A stretch of DNA of 64,000 nucleotides from Takakia lepidozioides (taxonomy: Eukaryota > Plantae > Bryophyta): assembly GCA_030704615.1 (NCBI GenBank), contig CM060732.1, positions 78,926,001 to 78,990,000 of the forward strand. The letters run 5' to 3'. The position numbers and the translations under genes are program-made. Below, piece after piece: positions 1 through 15,051 of this stretch (position 1 is the stretch's first letter; the number at the start of each line of letters is the position of its first letter). The notes beneath the pieces were generated by a model. That model was not told the origin of the DNA. It saw only the letters and a list, made by a program, of their open reading frames with translations, and did no database searches.

Positions 1-1668
1 ATTGCCACATGATGATGAACGTGTGTTCAGTACAGAGACGTGTTCACCTTGCTAGGGCCATTCACGCTGTTTCTCGGTTAATCTATTCATCCAAACCTGC
101 AGTGCCTTCTTCATGTGTTCTCTCTCTTTTCAGCCCTGCCACCTGTTGTGCATGATGTGAAGTAATTTCGAAATTTCCTCTGGCGGTTTACTGACCTGGA
201 ATTATTTTCAAGCGGCCGAGGTCCCTCCGTCAAATGGTATCACAATGTAGTTAATTCATTGAAGGCGAGATCAAGCGAAAGAGGTCCGGCATTCACATTA
301 TCAGCATAAACGCGACCTATTGAGTTGATCGTAGCATTGCATTTCGTGCAATGAGCGGGGGGGATGTTTGCCAATTTGATCTGCAATTCTCCGTCAAACT
401 CTCCCTCATTGCTTCACGACACGCAGACTCAGGTTCCATGCATATACCTCGTTTATTACACGAATATACATCAGAGTTGTGTGTTGTATCTGCTTGAGAC
501 AGGATTGGGGACGGGAAGAAGCGATTATCATTAAAGGATGGAGAGGGGAACTTAGGAAATTGAAAGATTAGGCAGCATATTTTGGTGAGCTCATCCAGTG
601 GGGTTATGGGGCACTACATTTGACATACTGGTACCCAATCCTCTGAGAAACATCTAAACTTCCCACCAATTGTATTCTTAGTTTGATATCTGGATTCTTT
701 TCCGACATTCAGATCATACTCTCCCTTGTGCCAGCTTAGTTAGGACATTTTGAGCTAATTAGTTAAAAACTTTAATTGGTATCTTTTCCACATATATCAA
801 GAATGGTGTAGAGATTTCTGTGCTTCAAAGAGACCGCAGACATCGAGGTAGTAATCGCTGTCACTGCGATACCTTCGCGCATTGATGGCGCGCACAACTT
901 TGCGAAGTCTATTGAAGGGTGTTCTTCTCTTGTCCAACCTTGAACGTGAAGGAAGATCAACTGCATTTAATTGCTGGCTCGAAGCCTTTTACCTGAGTGG
1001 TAATCCGCCTGGATTGGAGGCTTGACTAGTTGATAATATGCATTCTTAGAGAACTAATTCCTATCTAATTACTGATCATATCCCTCCTTGAGCCAGTAGA
1101 TAAGAGTACATATTGCTCAAAATCAAGCATGCACCTATGGAACTGATGGTACTCTGCTGACTTCTCTTAGGGTAGAAAGTAGTGAGCACAGGAGTAGTGT
1201 ACATGAAAATGAATCTGCTGAAACGAGTTGAAAAATGTGCCAAACCCAGTTAGAGACTGGTGGCAGTGGTAGTCATCTTCATAATTTTCTCAGATTAGAA
1301 CCAGCTCTGCAGCAAGGAGGGTGACATGAACACCCATCCTTTCATAGTTTGGACAAATGTTCTGAAGCAGAGTTTCTTATATTATCATGTCTCACCCTCC
1401 TTTATAACCAATACAGGCCTACACTCATGGCTGCGCATCAATACCTCAGCAAGCTTGTCTGTGACAATTGTGGAGCTACCTACACTGGATATGACCAATT
1501 AATCAGTCTTACTTGATCCATGAGTGTGTGCAAGCCTTTGGCAGCTTGGTTGAGGCTACCTGGGATGTTTGACAACCGTGATCATGAATCTCATATATGC
1601 TTCATTTCAGTGGTTGTGTTAAGCTGGATGGAAAGCTACTGGAAGTAGTGTGCTAGATTGAAGCTGTT

Positions 1669-4600
1669 ATGTGTCAAATCATGATGCGGACTATTCGGCC
1701 ACCGGAATCCAAGCAAGCAACCACTTTACAGGTATTCACCTGCTTCTGTTGACTTTACCCTTGTACTGGTTGACAATTACACTTATTTGCAATTCTGGTG
1801 GGAAGGGCTTGGAGAGAGCATGTTCAGGACAAAAGACACAGCACTTTGCTGTGGGCATCTTTCATGCAACCCTGCACTAACGTTCTATGAGTGACTACCC
1901 CCATCAGTAAGCCTTGGGCATCCTCCTTGCCAGCATCTCAGAATGAAATTACTTGGAGCACTTCAGGATTCTATCTTGCTTGAAGACTCCCAAAGCAGCT
2001 CCAAGAAAGATAGACTCTGATGGTAAATCTATTGTCTTACTGTCCTAAAGTATATTGGTTCTCAACTTGAACTTAACATTGTCTGCATGATCTGCACGTC
2101 AGGTAGCAGTAAGATGCCGTCCACTTACAGCCAAAGAAAACATCAAGAGTCGTGACATCCTTCGTGTGGTGGATGACAAGGTTAGTCTCAAATTCAACTT
2201 CATCTGTGGACAAGTGCAGCAAACTAAATATGCTCTTGTATGACATCTCAGTTGATGCTGTGTAGGACATGCTTTGATCTTCAAATTTTCCTTTATTTTG
2301 CTTGAGTTTGTTTCTCAGGACAGAAATCTTGATGGGGCTGCCGTGCCATATGTGTAGCAGTATCCCCCATTGCCAACAAACTTGTTGAGCTGTATGTTTT
2401 CTCTGAGGCTAGATCCACCTTATTGCAAGTAGTTGTGCACACATGACATGCTCCTACAGTGTAGTAGCATACTATATGAATCTCTACTGGCCACTCTCAG
2501 GGTTTTGCTAAAAGTCATCCAGGCCCACGAGAACTCCATGTGTGGAACCTTAGTTTGTGGAATATAGAATGTACTCATATGACGTTGTTTGCCGTAGCCT
2601 TGTGGCCATTGACCCCGCGCCCAGTTTGAGCGGAACACAGGGACAGAACCTACCTTTGTCAGGGGCTGACGCCGGTAGTAAGACTTACCTTGAAGTAAAC
2701 GATTGATCCGGGTTTTCCAGATATCCTCTAGAAAGCCCTTCACACAAGCATCAATCTGCTGTGTGTGGTTTGCCCAATAGTCATCCATGATGTCCTCCCC
2801 CATGACACAGACTGGAAACAAGTTCAGGGAAGTTTTCTGCCTAGCTTCATTGTCATCAGACAATTTCCTGGCAACAGACATGGCTTTGGACACTACAGCC
2901 TCTAAGTCAGATTTATCCAGCAGGGTCAAGACTTGCGGATTGAGAGTCAAATCCTTGAGAATCTCTTCTACTCTCTTCCGCCAGGACTTAGCCGATGCTG
3001 TTTCCAAGATATAGAGTCGAATAACTTAGGATATCTGATGCTGGACATATGTTGCAGCTGACCCCACCATCTGATCTTGAATTCACCTCGTCGGGAGCTT
3101 AAAGAAGGGATGCCAAACTCACCCCGAACAGCCACATTGGCTGTTTTGGAGCATGCTGACATGCACTCCTTAAGCACCCCCACTTGAATGGATTCTAGAG
3201 ACTTAGCCTGGTTAGAGTTATCAACCCATACTGCAGATGCGTACTCCAAGGCAGGTCTAATAACACGACAAAGCATGGTTTTCTTGACCTCAGAGTTGAT
3301 CCCTCTGCAGTGGAAAAATCTAGTGAGACCCAACGCTTTGCGCTTGCCAGTTTGAACAACTTTCTGAATATGTGCATCCCAATTACAGTTGGAGGAAAAC
3401 TCAACACCGAGGTATGTGTAGGAAGGGAGGACTGGAATCTCTTGGCTTCCCCAATGCCACTTGAGATCACCTCCTCCCTCTCCTCGGTCGTTGAATGCCA
3501 CCACTGCACATTTACTGACATTAGCGTCTAGTCCCCCAAAGGTCAAAATATCTCTTCGCGCAATCAAACAACTCCTGGAGATTGGAAGGAGTCTCCCCTA
3601 TACCTGCGAAGTCATCCGCAAACATAAGGGCTGGTATGGTGGCATCACCCACTTTTAACCCAAATCCCTCACTTTCCACATCGTCGAGGAGTTGATTGAT
3701 GAAAACATTGAAGAGCAGAGGGGAGAGGGTACATCCTTGAGCTACACCTTGGTCTATGTCAAAGAAGTTAGACTTATGTCCATTAACAGTGACACAGCTT
3801 TTGGTGTGAGCATACAAGTTATGGACAACTCTCCACATCTTTCCCTTGATCCCACATGACCAGAGTCGGAGCCATAGACCGTCTCTCCACACTGTGTCAT
3901 AAGCCTTTTTGACATCCAAGAAAAAAACAAAAGTAGGTTTCCCTTCTTTTTTTTCTTCCCTGGATAATCTGGCTTAGAGTGAAGATATGATCCACACAGT
4001 CCCTGTTTCGCCGAAAGCCAGCTTGGCCTTCGTGGAAACAACCTCTAGACTCCAGATCAACCTCGAGACGAGTACTTATAACTCTGCAAAATATCTTGCC
4101 AACTGCATTGAGGAGCGTGATGCCACGGTAGTTCCCCGGTTCTTCTCTGTCACCCTTCTTGTATAGATTGACAATGACCCCCTGTCGCCAGTGAAAGGGG
4201 ATCATTTCAGTCCTGCAGATAAGGTTAAAGAGAAGTACAAGGGCCTGTATCATGGGATCGCCACCGTGCTTGATAAGCTCGTTGACAATGCCATCAGGTC
4301 CACCAGCTTTATATCCATTTAAATGCTCACAAATGTTGAAGGGCCAACCAGAATCTCTTGTCACTACCACCATGACACTTTATTTCACTGTATAGCTTGT
4401 CCCAGTATAGTTTCTTCTGAGACCTTACAAGCTGATTGATATCTTTGCGGATCTGGTAGTACTTAGCGCACAATTCTTTGTTGGTTTTCAAATTGCAGCA
4501 CTCTTTATAGAGGACTCGTCTCTCAGCTATCTTGAGTTTATTCTCATTGGTCCACCAATTAACAGCTCTACTGCAGACAATTGCATTGCCAGAGCGAGAC

Positions 4601-7600
4601 TGAAGGTCATGGAGCGATTGGACAAAATGAGGGAGAGCCTCTTCAGCCTTGACCTCTTCATTTTGGAATTTTTCTATGCGCCACTTCCGGATCGGACGTT
4701 TCACAGATCTCTTGGTGTTGGGAAAACACCTTTTGATCTCGATCCAAACCAGGAAGTGGTCAGAGGTGCCAATATCAGTTCTGTCGATCAACACACTGGC
4801 ACTCTGGGCTTTCTCACGAGTCCAGTGCACTTGGTCTCCTTTTGACCTATTATTCAAGGTCAAAAGCTGAAGTTCTTCCAGACAGTTTATTAACCGTCTA
4901 CCATTAGCATTCAGCTCGTCCTCACCGAAAGGCCCAATGGTATCATCCTGATGGACACCTTTGCCCACCCGAGCATTGAAGTCACCCAATAAGACTACCT
5001 GACCTTTGGCGAGGAACTTAGCACAGTCCAGCTTTACATCTTCGAAGGCTTTGTCTGCGTCAGCACTAAGGGTCCCCTCTGTGGACATGTAAACACAACC
5101 CACAAAGAGGTCCTTCGTATTCACGCCACCCTTCAGTTTAAGTTCTAGCCAAATACTGTGCTCATACCGCAAACCTGTTGATAATTTCACAATTGTCACA
5201 CAAGAAATCACGGACAAAGAATCCAACCCCTTTTTTACCACGTTTGGCAGAGGCTGCCTTAAGAGCGCACATCTTACCGATCCACTTATAACCATTGACA
5301 TCTCCAACCATTTGTCCGGAGTTTCCCATGTCTCTTGCCCAGCACAGATATGAATAGCAGTTGCCCGAAGAACTTGTCCCACTTCGAGTTGTTTCCTTTG
5401 GTTAGTCAGCCCTGAGAAATTGAAAGTGCCCAGCCGCAAGCCAGAATTGTTTGTCGTCTAGGTAGCCTATGGTTGCTCCTGGACGGCCAACCGTTCTGCA
5501 AAGGGGGGACAATTATCCCGTGTGTAGATTTTGCTCAAATGGTGTAAACTTTAAGGTTTGGTAAACCATTCAGAGTACCAAATCCTTCAGTCACCCGACG
5601 CTCAGGCTCAGCATACTTAGGGTCAGTTTGTCTGTCTGGCTGCTTGGAATCAACCTCATCCAGTGCATCAAACCGGTTAGAAACTTTCAAGTTGAAGTCC
5701 CTGCCCTTGGTTGTCTTCCTAGAGCCCCTCATTGAATCACCAATGTCTAAGACCGATCTCCAGCCAGTCAAGGGACGAACTTCTTTGAGATTGTATTGAT
5801 GAGAGATCTGTTAGCAGCATTTTTGGGCATTGCAACCTTCAAAGTACCTCTGTTATCAAGTCTCGAGATGGAACCATTAGCCACATAATCCAAGCCTAAG
5901 CTGGAGCACACAGTTTTAAAGGACACATCGTCCATCCTGGGATTCACCCCAAAAACTACACATGAAGCCCTAGATAAGTAACCAATTCCCAGGAATGACC
6001 CTGGGGAGTGTTGTTATTGATAAGAGGTAATGTATTGGTAGAATTCGCAGGCTATAAGTTTAAGCACAAGGACCAACCCTAGCCCAAGTGCCAAGTATGC
6101 TAGACAGAGCATACGATTGCCCAATTTGGGCGGAGGGGCTGCCCCCAAGCGGTAGGGGTCCGCTTGGTACCATTCAGAGATCACACTCCAGGGAGCTGCA
6201 GGGAATGGCCCGCGTAGGCATATTCTAAAGAGGGAAAGGCCCCAAACTCTCCAACTAAATCCAATGCACTACCTTACAGGTCGAAACAAACAAAGACACG
6301 GGGTCACAAGGCCGGCATTTAGTCACAGAGACATTTATGTACTCCCGTATCAAGTCCACCCAATGGCAATAGGCTTCCTAAAAGGACAGGGAGCCTATCT
6401 CCAACATAGAAAACAAGATAGAGATAAGAGTTTTATGTACTACATCCATTCTTTCTGTACTTCACAAAGGAACTGCACTCTTCAGGTGGTCAATCCACTG
6501 ATTACAACCTGGCATTTCGTAGCCAAGTACTTACTTTTTGGAATCGTCCATCTTGTCGTCTACAGGTGGTTGTAGTGCTGGATCCAGATGTATCCAAGGA
6601 GTACCTAGACCGAGTGCAGAATCGAAGCAAAGAAAAGAGATATGCCTATGATGTAGCATTTGGTGCTGAATCCACAAATGAGGTACCCGCAGATGCTTTG
6701 AAAGTTCCCTTAGACCATGGATCACAACTTCATACTAGAGACCTTGGCATGTGCTTGTCCGCTTGAACAACCCACAGAACTGACGGAGTATCTTCTCTTG
6801 CTGCCCAGATTTGAACTTGGACTGTGTGTATCTTCACAGGATGTATACAATGTCACAGTGAGCTCAATGGTGGATGGGGTCGTTCATGGTCTTAATGCTA
6901 CTATCTTTGCCTATGGAGCTACAGGAAGGTACTCTTTTGAATCCAGACCAAACAAAGGCAGAATTGTTACATGGATGACCTTCTGTCCCTTCCGACGGAT
7001 CCAGTATATCCATTCTATTGGAATCACTTGCTTATCATATGAACTTCGATGACTGTGGGCTTGTTGCCATGTGAAACTTCGGCCTATGGTGGACAGGGTT
7101 TAACTTAGTTTTGCAATACATATGTCTCAACTGCAACAAGTGGGAGAGAGATAGTTGGCAGTTAAGATCATGCTTGCTGGAGCACATGCAAGGGGTATGG
7201 TTACAAGGATTGGAATATCAGTTAATTTTATTGTGGCAATTGCTTGAATCTTCGAAGTTGATCATTAAAAATCACCCTGTATAGATGTTATGGTAGCACA
7301 TTCAATTATATCCTCCTTCCTGCACGGTTTCAGACTGACTGTTCTTGTCTTTTGCGTGGCAGTGGCAAAACACATACCATGGCAGGGACCCCAGAGGACC
7401 CAGGGCTTATGGTGCTCAGCTTGCAAGCCATATTTGCTCTGATTTCCAAGCAAGAAGCTGAATATGAATTTGAGGTCACCTGCTCCTATCTGGAAGTCTA
7501 TAATGAGGTACAGATATTTGCGGTGCTCAGTTGGTAGCAGCAATTTATTGGTGAAATATTAGTCTGCTAGTTAGGGCCCTGAAGTACGAGGCAGATATTG

Positions 7601-10600
7601 TTCACTAAGTGTTCAGTGACAAGCTTTATTTGAAGAGCCACGTGTCTGGTTGTCTTGTAGGTGATCTATGATTTGCTGGAGAGATCGTCAGGCCATCTAG
7701 AACTTCGCGAGGATCCCGATCAAGGCATCACTGTTGCTGGCCTCAAGCGCATCCAGGTTTTTCCCTGTGATTAAGTAGTATTTATTATCATAGAGAAAAT
7801 CTGCATTTTTTGTATTGGCCTCTTTTGTATAATCGGCCACTGACAAGTATACCTCGACAACATCTGATCGTGTCCTATGCAACACTAAGGACATCACCTT
7901 TGCATGGGTAGTAACTTGGTGGGCACAGTGGCTATGTTTAAAACAAAACTGGAAAGCAGTCCAACCTACGTTTGGGCACTTCAGGCACTTGAGCAAATGA
8001 TATCTTTGTGAATTTCCAGAGTTTACAGTTCTCATGCTTCTGCCTTTTTGTGCCATATGGATACAGGTCAGCTCTGCTGAGAAAATTCTAGAACTGCTAA
8101 CTCAAGGAAATGCTCGGCGAAAGACAGAAAGTACAGATGCCAATGCCACCTCATCACGGTCAGTGATAGATAACTCCGGGAGTAGGTTCAATGAAGATTT
8201 GAACCCTACCGAGGAGAAAAGTGTTTTGGTTCTTGCAATTACATAGTTGATAGTGGGTATTCATGCATTAAACCGCCAGGCTAGATATGCTTCCATGACT
8301 GTTGTTCTTTAACAGCTAATTGGGATTTGATCTATTGTTTGTAGACTTGCAATGCGCAGAATGAAAGCATTGCCAGATTATCGCTTTTGTTTGCTTCCAC
8401 AAAGTCTTTGCAGTGAACCATAATTTGGTCAAAGAAATACGTATCTCTGGAAAACGCATGCATGTTCAACTGAAGGTCTACATGTGATCAAACATCAAGA
8501 AGTGTCTGATTTCCAATCATATGTTGTCTGATATTCGAAACATATTCATCTTGCTCATATCTTGGTTGAGTGGCTTGTATGGAAAGCAGTTCTCATGCTG
8601 TCTTGGAGATAATTGTCAAGAGAAAGCAACGGAATCAGTATCGGTCCCAAATGCTACGCGGCAAGCTGGCTTTGGTCGATCTGGCTGGCAGGTTGGTTAC
8701 ACGAGTTTCTGTGTTTAACTTCATGTAAGGTAAACCCTGTTATGCAGTTGAAATGGGGAGCTTGCACAATGAAGTAAGGCATGTTCAGTTGCAAGGAGGC
8801 CACAACCAGTCTAAATATTTTAGAGAGAGCCAAAATGCTGCCCAATCCCAGATGGACCATGGACTGTATTATGTAGTTTGTCAAGTAGATCTTTGGTCTG
8901 CAAGAGTTGGACAGCAAAGACCAGACACCTCTCTAGTGACAGCAACTCTTCATAATTTGTCTGTTCCAGGACACGTCAATGGAGAGTGAACCTCAAGGAG
9001 GTACTCCTATCTTTTACATGCTTCTTTCCGTTCACTTTAGTATCCTCTGGACATCAGGAAGGTCTTTCTCTCCGATTCAGCTCTCACACTTAGACGTGAG
9101 TGCTAGGTACAAAATTTAGACCCTATTCAGCCAGATATATGGATATGGATATTGCTATCTTGCTAGCTTCCTGGCAGTAATACCAATGTCACATCAGCAT
9201 ATGCATCAGTGTTAATGGTCGTTCTGGTTCTCCTGGTATTGATTGTGCAGCGAAAGGGCTTCAGAGACAAATAACGCAGGACAAAAGCTGAGAGATGGTG
9301 CCAATATTAATCGGTCGCTTCTTGCACTAGCTAACTGCATCAACGCTCTTGGGAAGCAGCAGAAGAAAGGTCTCGCTTATGTCCCATATCGCAATAGGTT
9401 TGTAATTGAAGCTCACTGACCTATTTTGAACTTCCAGGTTGCAAAGTTCTGTTTCTCCTGGGCTTGCATGCTGAGAGAGTTACCCGAGGGCGAATCTAGC
9501 CTACTGCACTTGTAGGGCTAAGGATAGTCAACTGTGTGCAAAGGTAGCACTTAAATCGATGATGTTTCATTACCTAGCAACAAGCAACCATGAGGGGCAG
9601 GGGCTACAGGTCCTGGAGGTTCTTAGAAGACACTGCATATGTGGCTTCAGTGTAGGGACTCGATGCTGGAGCACCTCCCCTGGAAGTGTTTCTCTGGTTG
9701 GAGGGTGGAGCATGGCCAGCCAAAGTGATAGCACCTATTTTGATGACACACATAATCTCAGCGTAGTCACAGGCACATTGTGCGATGAGGATTTTGGCAA
9801 TTATGTGACCTATTCTTGCAAGCTTGTAAGAAGTCCAAGGTCCTCATAGTCTTCATATAGCCCCCTGGGAGAAAACACTGGCAGCTGAGGCATAAATGCA
9901 CTGCATGTCTCTGAACTTTACACTTCGTCAGATTCTCTATGAACAGAGCATTTACTCCTATTTACTAAAAGAGGGACTGTAGGTGTGAAACCAGAGGGTT
10001 TGTAGGTAGACTGGACAAATGCCAACTCCTATTCCTTTGTGATCGTCTGATAGCTTGTCTGTTTGCAATGTGTAGCAAGCTAACAAGGCTTTTGAAGGAT
10101 GGTCTCAGCGGGAACTCTCGCACTGTGATGGTAGCAACTGTATCATCTGGCGCTGATCAGTACCATCACACGACAAACACTCTCAAATATGCAGACAGGG
10201 CGAAGGAAATCAAGACCCACATTCACGTAGGATGACCCTCCTCTTGCACAAACTTCTTATACTTTGCTGGAACAGCCGTAATAGTGGTAGGTCCAGTGAG
10301 GAGATATCTATACTATTGGCGTGCTAGAACTCTTGAGTTTCCGTATGTGAGGAACGTTTATGTCCAGGACATGCAGGAAGCTCCATTAACATGATCGGGA
10401 TGGTGTGAACAGAAAGATGTTTTCCCTTAGATTATGTGAATGATGTATCCATGAGCGGTCGTGTTTCCAGGCATCAACAGGGGTGGGCCAACCAGCTATA
10501 ACTCAATCAGTTAGGCCTTCAGCCCGGAGCATTGTCGCACGCCGCGTTCGGGAGAGAGGCAGTGACAACAAAGATAAGCCAGGGGGTGCCAGTTACATCG

Positions 10601-13600
10601 AAGTCAAGGGTGCCAATGTCAGTGTTTCACATGGTCCAAACCAGTTTAAATCACGTTTGACCTGTGACTACATCGTGTTTCAATCTTTCCCGGGACTGTA
10701 TCCCGATCCGATGCAGCCAGCTTACAGTGGAGTGACCTCGTTTGCAATATGGTTTTGGCGTTCATGTGGACAAAATGCTACCCTTGTTGAGTGTGTTGAC
10801 CAGTTGTCTGTTCAATTCTTCTTACCATGTGTCTCGCTGTGATTGCAGCTGAATGTGGGTACAGTGGATGCTCATGTGGCAGACTACCAACTTATGATAG
10901 ATAACCTCCAGGTATGGCTCATCGAAGAGTGGTATTTTTTTCATTGTTTCATTCTTCTGCTTGGCAAACTCAAAGCTCCATCACTTAGTTGGTGAGGCTT
11001 TCCCTTACCTTCTCTCTCCTACATGGGCTGCTTGTTAAGGGTTATTTTCTTGTATCCAAAAAGCTCTTTGAGGTCTCCGCGGACGTTATAAAGTACCATT
11101 TCATTTCATTTCATTTCTTTCCCTTGATGATATTTTTTTTTCTCGATAAACTTTTTGATGATATTTTTGGGCTGGTTGGTGAGGACTGAGGACCCACTTC
11201 TTATAACCTCTTTGAGGTTCGGAGTGATAAAGTTCGTTCTATTTCCTTATTTCATTCCCTCCATGGTTGGCCTCTCCCTGCAGGCTTATTGGCCTGGCTA
11301 CAACCAGTTTGCAGTTTTACTGAAACTGCAGTCTCTATGGTACTCTTGAACAGTGGGAACCTCACTGATAGCCAACTCACGGCCTTTCATCAACTAGCTT
11401 TCTGGGCATGGATCAATTTGAGAAGCACAATTGTGGTTGCTCAACCACATTTTAATCATGCCCCTTCTTGATTGGTGAGTTGTGGTCCAGGTGGAGGTGA
11501 CCCAATTAAGAAGGGAGCTGGCAGACAAAGAGTCTCAATTAAGTGCTCGCAACCCAGAAAAAGAGAAGTCAGCTGACAATGAACTCTCTTGGCTCGATGT
11601 ACTAAGCCATGACATCAATGAGAACGTTGAGGAGAGAATCAACTTGCAGAAAGCTCTGTTTGAGCTCGAGGACATGAATTTGCACAACCGGCAAGAGCTT
11701 CAACCACTCGATGAACTGATTGCTGACCCGGTACTTTCATCTGCCAATGGGCACTACCTTCTTGGACCCTGGTATTTGCTTAGTCCCGTATGTTAGTGTT
11801 GGGCTTCTCTGGTTTGTCTGCAATACCCGAACCTACTCGCTGCCTTCTTCCAAAAGCTAGTTTCAAAGCTTCATCAGTAGGATGTCTACCAATGTACGTT
11901 GCTACAAGATTGTCTTGTTGTATAGCCAAACTGCTTAGCTTTGCCTCTTATGATCTGTGTCTGCTGCTGTGTATCTGTCTGTCACTAGAACTGCAAGGTT
12001 TGCTGTCACTTGGCAGTTGTTGTCAGATATTTACCTGCTCCAATTGAGCCTCTGAGATCTCCCTGGCATGGACTAACAGACGAGCCTGTGCGAGCAAGAA
12101 AATATGTTGAATGGTAACCTCAAATTGTTTATAATATTGCATATTTGCTTGTTCACAGTAGACTAGCATTTAGCAAGCAAGTAAGTGAGGTTTAACTGAT
12201 CATGGATTGGCCCAGTGTAACAGTTCACAAAATTGCCAATGGTGACTTTCTATGGCAGCAGAGTGTACGGAGGCATGGGGAGAAGGATGAAGCACTTGTA
12301 GAAAGGCGGCAGGTGGTGCTAGACAATATTCGGGATAATGATGAGGCTGGGGTTCATTACCGCCAGGTATGTAGGCTTCCATGTTGAAAGATTTGGGGTA
12401 TTTTGGTGTTGCATTTCCTGTCAAGTAGAGGCACTACCATAAGAATAGAGTCAGAGGCAACCTTCTACACGGTTCACATAATTCAGTGTCACTGCAGAGA
12501 ATGATGAGGCCGGGCTCCCTAAAGCTTCACTCTTCCCCATACACTTTTTGCACTTCCCATTACTTTATGTGGGCTATTTTTGTTGTCTGTGTTGCTTCAA
12601 CATCACCACATCCAGCTTTAGGGTATAGATTAAAGGTGCACCTACTCAGAACGTTGCAGGCTAATAACTTTAACATGTATACATGATACTGGCTAACGGT
12701 AGTGAGTTTCGTTGCTTGGCTAAGACAGGACATTGAACATAATGAGGCACAGCGTAAGGAACTACAACGACTTATTGATGAAGCCATTGACAGTGACCGT
12801 AACAAAACATTCCTGCGCATCCTCAGTCAATACAGGCTTCTGGTAAGCTTTATCCACTACAAAATTGGGAAGACCAACCTTATGCAAGGGACCAGTGAGG
12901 TTATAGTAGATTGCAGCGGCCGATGTTCATATTTCCATTTCCAATAAAATACAAAATTTTCTCATGTCCAAGAGCATGTTCCCCTTGGCCCTTCATCTCG
13001 AAATATTGTTAGAGGACTGGGATGAAGGGGGTCCAAAGCGATGCAATTTGTAGGTAGCTGTAGGGTCGCATGCTGCTGGCAATTCTAGCTCCCTAGACAT
13101 TTGCAAACAGAAACATGTGGCTCATTCTCCTCCAATCCTCCAATTTATCCTTGTTAGAGAACTTGTTTCAAGTACTGTTGTGACAGAGGAGCTTTCTTCA
13201 GGCGTGTAATTGTGTTGCTGTTCATATTTCATATACAATTTATTTGTGCAGGGTATGACAAACATGGAGCTCCAATTTCAGATGGCCATAAGAGATCAGA
13301 TTATTCATGATCAAAGAGAAGCTCTTAGTAATCTGTGGTTGGTTCTTGAATGTTCTGGGCTCAATCATGAACAAATTTTCGAGATAGCTGCGCAGCAAGG
13401 AATTATGATAGAGGAGGGTATCATGCCTGTTGTGGCAGGACGAACCCATGTACCAACTACCCCAAGTCCTATCTTGCATAAACAGCCCGCCCTGGCTGGC
13501 ACAACTGGTGCCAGATTTCCAACCCTGGGGCAGCAACTACAAACTAGTCCCGATGCAATTCTCACGCCCGAATACAGAAGCTGGGGAAATCGGCATGGAC

Positions 13601-15051
13601 GAGAAGAGAGCGACACTGGTGCATGCTCTCCAAAGACCCCCAATGGTGATTGGAAGAATGTGACTCCCCAAGAAAACAGTGGGCACGCACAGGTAGGGGG
13701 AAGTCCCTCTAGGGTTCAACCATTGACATACAGAGCCCCTCCAGACACTCTACGAATTGATGGAGTGGGTCTGTGCAATACAAATGGTGATACGGTGGGG
13801 TCGTATTCTCCGGAGAAGCCTAGGGGACCAAAAACCCTGTGGCCAGTGGAAAGTGTCTGCTCAGGAAGATTGAGCACCATCAGCCAAGACCAGTCCAGTT
13901 GTGGGCATGTGGCAAACGGCCGATCCCCACCCGGAGTAATGGGGCTTAAAAGTGTGACAAGCTCAAGGCACCGGCGGAGACCCCGGTCGGCAGAGAGCCG
14001 GCACCCACTGTGGTCGCAAGAAAGGGATGGAAATACAACCGGAGGTGATGCAGGAAGTGAAGGCAGTGACACTGAAGACTCTGACCGCTGCTGGAATGAA
14101 CCCCAAGCAAGGCCCCAACTAAGAGTCCAGGAAGGCTCTCATCAGGCAATCGATAATGAGTCACTTCGCAGGGTAAACACATGGGCTGGCCAGCTGTCAA
14201 TTTTCATTCCTTGCAAGGGACTTTGCTGCTTGTGTATATACCATGGCCAGTGAAAGTGGTTAACCTTCTGACTGGCTTCATACCCAATAGCTTCGTAATG
14301 TTAGCATTGTCTGGTCCACACCTGCACTTTTCAACAATTTGAACACTTGGAAGACCTACCTGATAACCAAGGCTTCTTCTTTACACTGGTCTTTATTCCC
14401 ATGAGCAGTTTGGCTGAAACCCCAGCAATCTTCTGGTGATGTAAGCACTAAGCACCCTAGTTGGCTGGGAAGCGTCTTAATGGCTAACAGGCCTTTAGTG
14501 CTTGACTTCTCTTTTGTGAGCTTTTGCAGGAATTGTCGCGCCTGGATAATGAACTTCAGGATCTGAAGCGAGGAATTGATCGAAACACATCAGCATCGTT
14601 CAACGGTATTAAAGCACATGTGCCCCCTAGTGACACTACAGATATAAAGGAGTTGAGACGACCAGTAAATCGGAACACCTCTTTGTTACCTATGTTCAAT
14701 GGTAACAAGGTCTTCTCTAATGGAAGCCCAGTGCCTGCTGCAATTGTGCTCAACAGTACGGTGACACACAGTAACGGAGGCAGTCACGGTCATGCGCATC
14801 CAACCTTCTCTGTGCCTGCCACACCGCCAGTCTTGGAAGGGCGACCATGGAAACTAGGAACTTGTGGTGAGACGGGCATCGGCTTGGCAGAGGTGGTTTC
14901 ATCCAAAGTTTCCCCACTGGGTCCAGCAGATCTGAATGACGGACACAGTCTTCTGAATAGCAAAAAGACAGAGAGGCGCAAGTCCAAATTTGATTATTCC
15001 ACAGGTGGCACTAGGCAGATGTGGCCCAGGAACTTTACAGAATGGAAGTAG
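1669..15051 (+). CDS. Kinesin-8 family motor protein (KIN8B-like), about 16 coding exons
   Basis: Approximate exons: 1669(or 1681/1684)-1731, 2103-2180, 6566-6682, 6840-6928, 7363-7507, 7661-7756, 8067-8158, 8590-8691, 9251-9398, 10076-10226, 10849-10911, 11491-11730, 12260-12366, 12729-12842, 13252-14171, 14530-15051, with GT-AG introns. Motifs: N-terminal [38 protein letters not shown]-loop [64 protein letters not shown] coiled-coil and a low-complexity tail follow. Confidence 0.93.
2420..5771 (-). mobile_element. Decayed non-LTR retrotransposon (LINE; APE endonuclease + reverse transcriptase), antisense in kinesin intron 2
   Basis: Frameshifted ORF chain. 4327-5439 is APE ([20 protein letters not shown]). 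3897-4373 and 3521-3919 are RT ([44 protein letters not shown]). 2968-3567 has YTYLGV and [11 protein letters not shown]. 5535-5771 is an ORF1-like remnant (SNRFDAL). Exact ends not resolved. Confidence 0.92.
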
